Both the position numbers and the translations under genes were made by a program. DNA of 64,000 bases from the human T2T-CHM13v2.0 reference genome, Homo sapiens, in the NCBI RefSeq assembly GCF_009914755.1, contig NC_060945.1, one strand, 5' to 3'. The notes below the pieces were generated by a model. The model saw only the letters and a program-made list of their open reading frames with translations. It was not told the DNA's origin and made no database searches. Numbering within the stretch: the stretch's first letter is position 1; the number at the start of each line of letters is the position of its first letter. This document shows, one piece after another, positions 1-57,008 of the stretch.

Positions 1-254
1 CACATATTATGCCAATTAATGCTGCAGCATCTAAGCTAAAGGCCAAAAATTTCTTTTTGAAGGTGTAGTTTTGTTTGTTGTTTTAACTATCACACATTTT
101 ACAAAATAACACTTTCTTCCAAAATGCAGGTGGTGAGTCCCTCACTTCTGAACCACTTCTGTAACACAGCACTCTGGATTAAAGAAGGAAACACTGCACT
201 CCAGCCTGGGCAACAACAGCAAAACTCCATTTCAAAAAAACAAAGTGGCCACTG

Positions 255-553
<299 letters not shown>

Positions 554-765
554 AGCGGACACTGGAGTTTTTTTCTAGAATTGCTAAATCAACTAGCTTC
601 ACTGATTTCTGCAGCCAATAAACCATCAAGTTAGACAGGAAAAAGTAGAATCTGGATGTTTGGTGTGTTTTTCATTCAGTACCCACAGAGAAGGCCCTCA
701 TAAAAAGAAAAGTACAGTAATTCCAGTAGGCTAATTTTCTGATCTTAATATTTCCACCCATATGG

Positions 766-1024
766 AGGGTGTCCCAAAAGTCTTGGAACGGTTTTGAGCC
801 TTAATAAGTTCAGGAATATAAATCCAGCAAGCTCGTTTAAAAAAAAAAGTCATCTGGAGGTTTAATTGGTTAAATTTCATAACACTTCAGTTTTGTGACT
901 TTTGATAACATATTTTTCGGTTTCCCTGTTGTTTAAGTACCTATGTTTGAAAATGGCAACAGTCACTGCTTTTAAGTTAGTTATTACAGCTCAAAACTGC
1001 ACCAAAACTTTTGGAATTCATGTA
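766..1024. mobile_element. Ancient TcMar-type MITE with about 30-bp imperfect terminal inverted repeats
   Basis: GGGTGTCCCAAAAGTCTTGGAACGGTTTTGAGC versus the reverse complement of GCTCAAAACTGCACCAAAACTTTTGGAATTC. Confidence 0.6.
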
Positions 1025-1129
1025 TGATTCCTAAGTCAGAAACCTGATCCTAGCTCATTTCACTGGATGACCAACATTTTAACACTAGAATGAACTAAAT
1101 TATTTTCTTTAGAAGTTTCAGTTATTTTT

Positions 1130-1860
<731 letters not shown>

Positions 1861-2058
1861 AGGAGTTTCAGTTATTTTCTTTTCTTGCTATATCCTCAGG
1901 ACAAACCTGATAGGTTTCTCACTCACACATCATTGGCTATGTGATTAGTTTTGTGATAAGTACAATGGCACAATTCTTAAATTCTTGTATTATAGCAATA
2001 AATCTCATTTTCCATGTAAAGTGTCAGTGGAACTAAGAATGATTTATGATAGTAAACA

Positions 2059-3225
2059 TCAAAATGATCGTATTTTAATAAATTTCCACAGATTCATCCA
2101 GTTTAAAAAACCTTTCTTGATTTCAGGTGTTTTCTCTCCTTCTCCTTGATCAAGGTTATTTGGGTTTCTATCTGTGACTTCTTTTGTTTTTATAAGGGTC
2201 TCGTATATTTTCTGGGCTCTGACAATTTCTTTCTGAGCATCAAAATGGACTTTTTGCCTGGTCAGGATGGGAACAATTAAATTAAAATCATTAATTCGCT
2301 TGTTTAATTTTCTGATGTTTTCTTGAAACTGCTCACAAACATGGTTCCACTGTTTCTTTTCAGTTGGTGTCATTGGATTCCCAAGTTTTTTCCTAGACAC
2401 TAAAATTGCCTCTCTGAGTTGCTCAATAGTATCGCTTATTTCCTTTTGCTTAAGGATCCATTCTGGTTGGTATCCATTATCGATCAGTATTCGGTTCAGG
2501 TTGTGAGTCATGGGATCAATGTAAGAACAGTCAGAAAACTTTTTCAGAGGTTTTCCTTTCCCACTGAGATTGTCAAAGTCTCCTTTTGCCATGGATTCTT
2601 GAATGAGGTCCTCCACTAAACGTTCTATAGCTTGCGTTATCTTTTGCTGTTTGCTCTGTCTTATATTTTTAACAATTACACTATCAGGAAAATACTGGCT
2701 TTGTAGTTTCTGCTTTTGATATTCCATCACTTGTTCAGCAGCACGGTCTGCCCTAAATTGCCTATAATGCTTCTCTCGTTGAGTTGGAGTCCCAAAACCA
2801 ATACCTTCAAAACTTAAATAATGTCGGTGTTGGGGTGTTTTATATTTGAATTTTTCTACATCTTCTTCTTCTTCACCTTTACTCTGACTGGCATTTGTTT
2901 GTTCTATCACATGGGAGAGCACCTTTCTATAAGCTTTTTCAATCCTTATAAATGTTGCAGAATCAGCAGTATTAGAGCCACTGTCAGGATGATATTGCTT
3001 GGCAAGCTTATGAAAAGATTCCCTGACTTCATCTGCAGAGCATCCTTCCTCCACGTTCAGCAGTCTATAATATTCTCTGATCTTCTTTTTGGATTTATGG
3101 GTTGACATCATTCTATTTCTAATGATACCAAAATATGGAAGCATTTTCACTCGATTAGGAATCACTGTAGCCTTTATCAGGTGAGATCTTAAGATCTGAG
3201 CCATCATCACATACATTGTATTCAT
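2059..3225 (-). CDS. DNAJC28: DnaJ homolog subfamily C member 28, 388 aa, single coding exon
   Basis: ORF from ATG at 3225 ([10 protein letters not shown]...) to TGA at 2059; J-domain with HPD motif (KQYHPDSG); C-terminal region '[13 protein letters not shown]...GYQPEWI' typical of the DUF1992-type domain; splice acceptor ttttatAG at 3257-3258 upstream of the ATG. Confidence 0.96.
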
Positions 3226-3399
3226 TATTGTACCCAGAGTTCTTCCTAGCAATGACCTATAAAACGACAACAAATATAGGTTGAACAAAGTTGTATTATC
3301 AGTTAATTTCTTATTTTCAGCAATAAGGTAAAAGATACAGCATGAATTTATAAGTACAACAAGGGGCAGTTCTTTTGAATGCTGCTGTCAACTTTTTCC

Positions 3400-4636
<1,237 letters not shown>

Positions 4637-4814
4637 CTAACCGTATATTTTACAAGTGGAAAGTTCTTAGAGATCATCTAATCCAATCTTCTCATTTAAT
4701 GAGAAAACGTAGGTCCGGAAGGTTAAGCAATTTAACCAAGTCCCATAACAAGGTGTAAGCAAAATGGTTAGGGGTGGGCACAGTAAAAAAGGAGGCTTGC
4801 TTAACTGTCTATAC

Positions 4815-4908
4815 CTCCAGCCGATTATAAACTGCACGAGAGTCTGCATCATCTCAAGAAGTCTTCTCATAAGACGACTTATGGACAAGGTACGTACCTG
4901 GTCTGATA
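4815..4908 (-). other. DNAJC28: Putative 94-nt cassette exon of DNAJC28
   Basis: Acceptor ttctattcaatcCAG at 4909-4910, donor GAG|GTATAG at 4815/4814; splice phases match exon 1 and the coding exon. Confidence 0.5.
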
Positions 4909-5169
4909 CTGGATTGAATAGAATCAAGTGTCCAAAAGACTTTAAGCTCCACAGCTCGCTAGGAAGGAGCTATCTGCCAGAGGCCAGAAAAACCATGATG
5001 AATTGTGAGGCCTCCCAACACGTTTGCTGCTATTGCAATAACATGGTCTCGAAGAGGAGGAAGACTTGTACACTGACAATGGCCAAAAAATACTGGAAGT
5101 GGCTTAATTGGAATTGGGATATATAAACGCTAAAACGGAGCTCCTGAGACCCCCTATTTTCTAGGCAAT

Positions 5170-5830
5170 CGGTGCCAACGGTCTGGGAGCCGGCTGCGAA
5201 GGTGGTTATCATGGCAAGGGAGGTCGGTCCTGCCCCGCCCCCTCCTCACCTGCGCAGACCTGGGGTAGGGGTTCCGCGGCTCCCGCCCCCCTGCCGCGCC
5301 TCTGCGCATGCGTGCGCGGTCCGCCCTTCACTGCGGGTGTCCCTCCCACCGCCTCCAGCTGGTGCCTCCGCCGGGCTAGACCATTTGCCACTTTACACTG
5401 AGGGGCTCGGGGGTACGGAAGGCAGAATCGTACCTGATTGGGACAGGTGACCTTACCAGGAAAACGGACAATCTTCCGCCAAACGAACTTTACCCCGGAG
5501 GACCCAGGCAGGGCACCTCGGGAGCCTTCGTCCCGACCGGGGACCACCAGCTCCACCTCCGTCCCCGCCCCGAGCGGAGGTGGTCCGGCCGATTGGGATT
5601 GTGGGAGATGTAGTTCGCTAGAAGGGGCGATGTGCGCCTGCGCCTCTCGGGAGGGACTTAGGGGGCGTCGAAAATGATGTAAAGACCGAGTTGGCGGCGT
5701 GGGGAGTTGTGGCTCGGAGGGCGAGGGTAACTTTCTGGGGGCAGGGGAAGGCAAGGCTGTTTCCCCGGAACGGGACCGGAACAGGTTTATTCGGGGTCAC
5801 AGAAGGAGTCACCTGCGCAGATACATGAGG
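5170..5830. promoter_or_regulatory. CpG-island promoter of DNAJC28 with ZNF143/THAP11-type and NRF1 motifs
   Basis: GC/CpG rich; ACTACATCTCCCACAATCCC on minus strand at 5595-5614; TGCGCATGCG at 5303-5312 and TGCGCCTGCGC near 5633-5643; GC boxes. Confidence 0.8.
5457..5600 (-). other. DNAJC28: DNAJC28 5' exon 1 (TSS approximate)
   Basis: Strong donor CTG|GTAAGG at 5457/5456 inside the CpG island; alternative donor CAG|GTACGA at 5434/5433; 5' boundary inferred. Confidence 0.7.
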
Positions 5831-6127
5831 CTTAAAACCTGCCCTTTTATTAATTCAAGTACTGTTGAGGGGCTGGCGACAGGCCAGAGGACAAAATCAA
5901 AATAGGGATCTTCTGGCTTGGAGTTCAACCACTGACGTGGGGACTGAGCATTTCCCCTCTCTGTACAGGAAGCAAGTTTTTTAACAAGGAAAAAGAAAAA
6001 GGATAAAAAGAAAAAGGCAGAGGCTTGGGAGTTTTCAGATCTGGGTTGAAAATCCTGTTTCTTCTGCTTGCACCTTAGGCAAGATACCTGCAAAATGAGA
6101 GTTGCAATAAATAGTAAACTATAGTAA

Positions 6128-9060
<2,933 letters not shown>

Positions 9061-9064
9061 GAAA

Positions 9065-9375
9065 CAGTGCAGTCATAAAAGAGAATGAGATCATGTCTTT
9101 TGCGGGAACATGGATGGAGCTGGAGGCCATTATTCTCAGCAAACTAACGCAGAAACAGAAAACCAAACACTGCATGTTCTCACTTATAAATGGGAGCTAC
9201 ATGATGAGAACTTAGGAACACAAGGAAACAACAGACACTGGGGTCTGCTTGAGGTGGGAGGGTGGGAGGAGGGAGCGGAGGAAAACAGAGAGCTATTGGG
9301 TACTGGGCTAAATACCTGCATGATGAAGTAATCTGTACACCAACCCCCCATGACATAAGTGCACCTATGTACCCC
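9065..9375 (+). mobile_element. L1 (L1P-type) 3' end fragment
   Basis: GAGATCATGTCTTTTGC...ATGGATGGAGCTGGAGGCCATTATTCTCAGCAAACTAAC...ATGTTCTCACTTATAA. Confidence 0.85.
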
Positions 9376-9471
9376 TTATAGGTGTAAGCCACCGCGCCCG
9401 GCCAGTAATTACAATAAGGAGACGCTATGTACAGTTGTCTCCCTCCAGATGACCTGGTCACTTCTCCACTC

Positions 9472-9865
9472 TTTGGGCTAAATTGTGCCCCCCATGTTGA
9501 AGCCCTAACCCCCAGTACTTTAGAATGTGACTGCATTTGGAGATAAGTTATTTAAAGAGGTGATTAAGTTAAAATGAGGCTGTTAAAGTGGGTGATAATC
9601 CAATCTGACTGACATCCTTATAAAAGGAGGAAATTTGGCCCCAGAGAGACATCAGGGTTGTGCACACACTGAGCAACGTCCCTGTGAGGACACAGAAAGA
9701 AGGCAGCCATCTGCCGGCCAAGGAGAGGCCTCAGGAGAAACCCACTCTGCAGACACCTTGACCTTGGACTTCCAGTCTCCACGACTGTGGGAGAATAATG
9801 GTCTCCCGTAGTTGAAGACCCAGTCTGTGGTGCTTTGTCACATCAGCCCCACCAGACCAACACAG
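9472..9865 (+). mobile_element. MLT1-family (MaLR) solo LTR
   Basis: GGGCTAAATTGTGCCCC...AATGTGACTGCATTTGGAGATAAG...GACTTCCAGTCTCC...ACA typical of MLT1. Confidence 0.8.
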
Positions 9866-10705
9866 CAGGTGTCTTTGATCCTTATACATCCCTTCAGTAG
9901 GTCCCAGGGATTTGTGTTACCCAAAATGTTTCCTCCCAGATGGAAAACTCTGAAAGCAGGTGGAAGCTTTCCCCCTCATTTTCCTCTTGCTGAACACACC
10001 CCTGCCCTGCAGGACCAGCTGTGGGCTGCTGCCTCCTGCTTTCCTCTTTCGAAGTCATTCTGCCAACTTGGAGATTTGGATTTGGGTGAGATGTGCTGGG
10101 GGTGGGATGTGGGGCAGAGTCTCCCCATCCGAAGAAAGGAGTTTCTGATCCTGGGATTTCGGGTTTGCTGAAGGGTGCTTGTGCGGGTGGCACTGACTTT
10201 TCTCTCTTCTTGCTGTAGTTGGCCTCTAAGAGAAAGGCACCAGAAGCTCGTTCTCCGCTCTTTGAGACACCTTTCTTCAAGCTTCACAGCGTCCCTCTCT
10301 CTCTCTCCTGGGTCCCCCTACTGCACAGCCTACTCATACCCAGTGTCCTTGGCTGGCTCCGCCCTTCTCATGCAATTGGTGCTCTCAGATTCCACACCTC
10401 TACATTATGTTCATTATCTACTCTCCCTTGCCAATGCCAACGCCAATGCCTAAACCTCCTCCTCGAAGCTAATGACTGACCCCACAGTGGTGTCACAGTG
10501 TTGAATACAGGAATCCCTCAAGGTGTACAAAGAAGTCCCACCTCCCCTCTAAGTATCATCCCTCCCTCAATTTGCAAAAGAAAGGCACACCCCTCATTTA
10601 CCCCAGACTGTTAACACCTTCCAGGCAGCAAAGGTGCAACTGAAAAGGTTGATTTACTGTGGGTGCTGAAGAAGGAAAATTAATCCTTTACAGATTGGAT
10701 GGTTT

Positions 10706-15950
<5,245 letters not shown>

Positions 15951-16325
15951 TTTTTAACTGTTAATTAACATTTGGCTCCAGATAAAGGAAAATGATCTAA
16001 CACTGTGGTAAATGTAAAATTTACATGGCTTGTGAAAGAATGGCTGTCAGAGATGGTCTCTTTTAAACAGTGGAGGAGGCAAATGTATGCATTAGAATTG
16101 CTGAAAAACACTTTGGGAGGTAAAGACAATTTTGGTTTTAAAAAGGCCAAAGGAGGGCCGGGTGCGGTGGCTCACGCCTGTAATCCCAGCACTATGAGGG
16201 CCAAAGCAGGCAGATCAAATGAAGTCAGGAGTTGGAAACCAGCCTGGCCAGCATGGTGAAACCCCGTCTCTACCACAAATACAAAATGAGCCGGGTGTCG
16301 TAGTGCATGCCTGTAATCCTAGCTA

Positions 16326-16520
<195 letters not shown>

Positions 16521-16994
16521 TTATGCTTGAATCTAAAAGCCACCAACTCTCCCCCTAATCCTCTAGTGACTTGCAGAGAAGTATGGATCTTTATAAACCA
16601 CAGGATAATTAAACTTTACTGAAGCTAAAATCTGGGGATTACAGAAACTGTCAATAATTAGAGGAACGTTTAATGATACTTCAAAGCATAAAGGATACTA
16701 TCCTTCAGAAATGGGAGCTATCCAGAAATCTTAACACACCAGATTATGATCACGATGGTCGGAAAAGTCTCAAATCAGCTATACAATATAAGGAAGAGAT
16801 ACTGCCTTGTTAGACTTGGGGAAGAGATAGTCACTTGACACTGATCAGAAGGAGGCTGGGCAACTTTTACACACCGGAATCTATAACCAAGATTATAAAC
16901 GGAACCCAGGTGATACACTTGGGTTTGTCCTCATGTTTCTTTTCCTCATTTTAACTCAGATACATCCAGCAGTCATGGCTTCAAAAGCATATGA

Positions 16995-17646
<652 letters not shown>

Positions 17647-17812
17647 CTGAAAACATAAAACTTATAAACATGGAGGTGATTCATCATGTTGTCAGGCAAT
17701 ACCAAAAAAAAAAAGAGGGGGTGACGGTTAGAAAAAGAGCATAAAAAAGACCAAGAAAACTGTATGTCTCAGATATGCTGCACTAACTAGTCTTGTTTTT
17801 AGTGAGTCTCTA

Positions 17813-17818
17813 TTTATT
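17813..17818 (-). terminator. GART full-length poly(A) signal AATAAA
   Basis: tttatt on + strand about 140 nt after the stop, followed by U/GU-rich downstream sequence on the minus strand. Confidence 0.8.
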
Positions 17819-17957
17819 AAAAAAATAGATGAAGTAAGGGTGAGGTCTTTTTTGTCTTTTAGCAGTTTTTCTTTTGGGCCAAGTCCATGATAAAAAACCA
17901 CCATGCAAACAGCAAATAATTCTTTCTAAACTGGCCCCATTTCTGAATTAAAAGGCT

Positions 17958-53223
<35,266 letters not shown>

Positions 53224-53919
53224 TTAGGATGCACATTTTAGAAACCCAGGGACGGGCACAGTGGCTCATGCCTGTACCCCCAGCATTTTGGGAGGCCGAG
53301 GCAGGTGGATCACTTGAGGTCAGGAGTTTGAGACCAGCCTTGGCCAACATGGCAAAACCTCATCTCTACTAAAATACAAAAATTAGCCAGGCATGGTGGC
53401 GGGTGCCTGTAATCCCAGGTACTCAGGAGGCCAAGGCAGGAGAATTGCTTGAACCTGGTAGGAGGAGATCGCAGTGAGCCAGGATCACGTCACTACACTC
53501 TAGCCTGGGAAACAGAGCAAGACCATCTCAAAAAAAAAAAAGAAATCCAGATTTGTAAATATAATTTAAGTAATCATTTGTACTCATACAAATGACATTT
53601 TCATCCAATGATTCATTTTTGAAAAACTGGGATTCATAATTTGAGAAATATGACTGTCGTCATAAGCATAAGGGAGGTATTTCAAAAAGAAGGCAGGCTG
53701 GCCTAGAGAGCTAGGTTAAGGAGTCAAACGATGACTCTCAGCTCCTTATGTGATAATCTCCCTTCTCTGGGCTTCACTTCAAAAAGATTTAATAATCATC
53801 ATGCCTTAGTTATGAAATGAATCTTGTTTTAGACTCAAAATGTATTATAAAATATCAATTTTTAAACCTTGAAATCTTACAGATAATTAGGTTATCATAA
53901 ATTAAAGGATATACTGAAA

Positions 53920-54326
53920 ACTGGGGTAAGCAAACTTTACACAAAAAGGGCCACATAGTTCTGTCAAAACTACTCGACTCGGCCACCTTAGCAGGAAAGC
54001 AACCAAAGATAATACGAAGATGAATCAATGTGCCAATGTCCAGAAAAATTTAATGGACCCATAAACAGGCAGTGGGTCAGAGATCACTGTTGCCTATCAG
54101 TACTTTAAGTAGCAGGAAACCATCAAAGGTTTGTAACAAATAAACGTGACTCGCTTTCAATAAAACTTTATGTACGGATACTATAATTTGAATTTCATAA
54201 AATTTTCACATGTCACAAAAACCTCATTTATTTCCTGTTCTTTTTCTCAATCATTCATATTTGGTGAGCTGTACAAAAGCAGGCAGCAGAAGGATTTGGT
54301 ATGTGGGCCATAGTTTGCTGACTCCT
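53920..54326. mobile_element. MER58-like (hAT-Charlie) fragments
   Basis: GGGGTAAGCAAACTTT...AAAGGGCCA ... GGGCCATAGTTTGCTGACTCCT termini. Confidence 0.65.
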
Positions 54327-55903
54327 AATTCAAATAGCGCAATATGCTAGAATATTGGTAGAGAAGGCAAAAATCAAATTCCAACTCATTTCACTTTAGT
54401 TCTGGCACCTGAGACTTAGAAGGATGGATACAACAGCAGTGTAACCTAGGAGATTAACTGAAATGACATTTATAAATAAGTACAATCTGGCACTCAGCAG
54501 TAGTAAATGTTAACTTGTTACATTTACTTACCACAAGACAAACTGGTAACAGGAAAAAGAAAATTGAAAACTTATTTTGATGATGTTGGGATTACATATT
54601 TTAAGAAAAATGTAAGCTGACAATATACAAAACTAACATTTTTTTGAGCACTTAACCTTGGGCAGGGTACTATTTAAAATGCTTGTCATGAAAGAATCCT
54701 ATGAGGGAGATACTATTACTATCACCAATTTGCAGATAAGACAAGGAGGCCCAGATAGGTAAATAACTTGCTGGAGGTCACACAGGTAAGAGGGGGTGGA
54801 GCCTAACAGAAGCAATTTTGCTTCAGATTCTCTCAACAAGTGAAACGATGATCATTGAAAATTTGAGAAAGGAAAAAAAAAAACCCTGTTAAATTACAGT
54901 CTCGGAAGGAACAGCTACTTTAGTGTAACGGGAAAACACATTTTACTTGCCATGTGTATCTGAAATAAACAGATTTTTTATTTTATTTATTTATTTATTT
55001 GTTTAGACAGTCTCTCTCTGTCGCCCAGGCTGGAGGGCAGTGGTGTGATCTCAGCTCACTACAACCTCCGCCTCCCGGGTTCAAGCGATTCTCTTGCCTC
55101 ACAGCCTCCCAAGTAGCTGGGATTACGGGCGTGCGCCGCCACGCCAGGCGAATTTTTGTATTTTTAGTAGCGACGGGGTTTCACTACGTTGGCCAGGCTG
55201 GTCTCGAACTCCTGACCTCCAATGGTCAACCCACCTTGGCCTCCCAAGTGCTGGGATTACATCACATCCGGCCAGAAATAAACAGATCTTTAAATCTAGA
55301 GCAAATGTTACATCTTTAGTTTGAATATAGCAGTAGTGTGGGAAAATTCTGTTTACTCTAGTGGATCACTGAAAATAGCCTTACTACCCAGTGGTGAGGA
55401 CGCCTGGGCTCCTGAGTCTCACACAGCGCCTTGGCCTGGGTAGAGACGCTGCCCCATACTAGCAGGAAGACCTTGGGGGACTTCACTAACCTTGGGCCTC
55501 ATTCCTCAGAATGGGTAACATAAGCAGAATAAGACAGGCAAATAAAGCCGTATCAGAGGATATGGAGAATAAAGTAGAAACCAACTACAAAATTAACCAA
55601 GTAATCTGCCAGAGACAACGGGTGCATAAAGAGAAAGTACACCAATTTAGGGTTATGTCCTAAAAATGTATAAAGACACAAAAAGGCCTTGACATCTTAG
55701 AAAACAGGAAAAGTAAAAGAGCAAATAGAAACCAGCTAACAGTAGCAAGTGAAAAGCACATGGCCAACCCCCACCCACCGCATTTACAAACAACAGGAAA
55801 ATTTCTACAAATCAGTTTCTATGGTTTCACTCAGTTCGCGATCTTAAATCCCCAAACCAAAGCCTAAGCGCGCTCCGTGTAAAAGCGGAGGGGGTTTACG
55901 CAC

Positions 55904-55990
55904 CGACACCGGGTGGCCACCTGGTTCCCGCTTGCCCGCTCGCCGGAAGTCGGCCCACCGGGACCGGCGCGGGACCAGCGCGGCACCGCC
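55904..55990 (-). other. GART: GART non-coding exon 1 (proximal; 5' end approximate)
   Basis: Donor TCG|GTGCGT at 55904/55903 in the CpG island; joins exon 2 (GTTTCATTTTCC) consistent with the GART 5'UTR as I recall it. Confidence 0.7.
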
Positions 55991-56931
55991 CCTCACTGCC
56001 CCGCCCTACGACGGCTTCCCTGCCCCATTGGTCCGCGCGGCCCTGGGTCTCCGCGGCGAGAATCTAGTCTGATTCCCTCCCGCCCTGGGCGCTGCCTGAC
56101 TGCTCCCCAGCCGAGACACCCAAGCCTTAGCACGTTTATAATGTGACAGTGGTACGGGGTGCCACGCAGTGTTTCCAGGAGCGCCGGGGGGGAGCGCCAA
56201 AATGCTAAACCCATTCTTAGCCAATTGTGCGCCGCTCACGAGTCAGAGCTGAGCAGCTACCGCGGAAAAATCTCGTGACACGCCTGACTCCTGATGAGAC
56301 TAAAATGCACCGGGCTTTGAATGCCGGTCGCTTAGGACATCCGGCCTATTGCTAAAAAAAAAAATGAGGCTGGTTATAGAACGCACTGGGGAAGACACAG
56401 GGCAACAGCGAGTTCCTCCTCTCACATGCCAGTGGGGGCGGGGGCTGAAAAATTCTCTCCCGGATGCATATCCCTGTCGAAACTGAACTTGGCGCCACCT
56501 GAGAGCGCCTGAAAGCCGTGTGTTAAACACCGGGTTGCCCTTCTTGCTCTTCTTCCTCTTCGCCTTTAATCTCAGGCACTTAGCAAGCCTGTTAAGGCTC
56601 CCAAACACTGCTGGGGACTGACAACTTATGCGGACACGGTCGCCTCAAGAGAGACGGCTCCTGTAATGGCGCCTGCGTCAGACACTAACATGGCGGACAT
56701 AGTCGTGCGCGGCGCAAACGTCAGCACCTCTACCCCAGCCGCTCAGAAACAGCAGAGGAGAGCAGGGCCGTGCTCACTGATTGGTCCCTCGGTGGAGCGG
56801 GCCGGACCGGGCATTCCCTTTGGAGCCAATCAGGAAGGCGAGAGACCGAATTGGCCGCTGCGCCTCCTCCCGAGGCATGCTGGGAGCCTGGAGGACTAGC
56901 GAGGAGGAGTTGAGAGAACGGAGCGGACGCC

Positions 56932-57008
56932 ATGGCGACCAACATCGAGCAGATTTTTAGGTCTTTCGTGGTCAGTAAATTCCGGGAAATTCAACAGGAG
57001 CTTTCCAG
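56932..57008 (+). CDS. SON: SON exon 1 coding part
   Basis: gccATGGcg Kozak; MATNIEQIFRSFVVSKFREIQQELS; donor AG|GTAAAC. Confidence 0.95.

Noticed and set aside
3226-3288. ORF-track N-terminus [10 protein letters not shown] of DNAJC28 (409 aa)
   Set aside because: It starts at a TTG inside the intron, upstream of the acceptor at 3257-3258; the genuine in-exon ATG is at 3225
9812-10479. Cluster of overlapping 60-128 aa ORFs on both strands
   Set aside because: No recognisable domain or splice structure; partly in an LTR and CT-rich degraded sequence
56666-56899. 77-aa plus-strand ORF with good Kozak ATGs upstream of SON
   Set aside because: Out of frame with SON, stops before it, and probably upstream of the SON TSS; the ATGGCG strings are better explained as YY1 motifs
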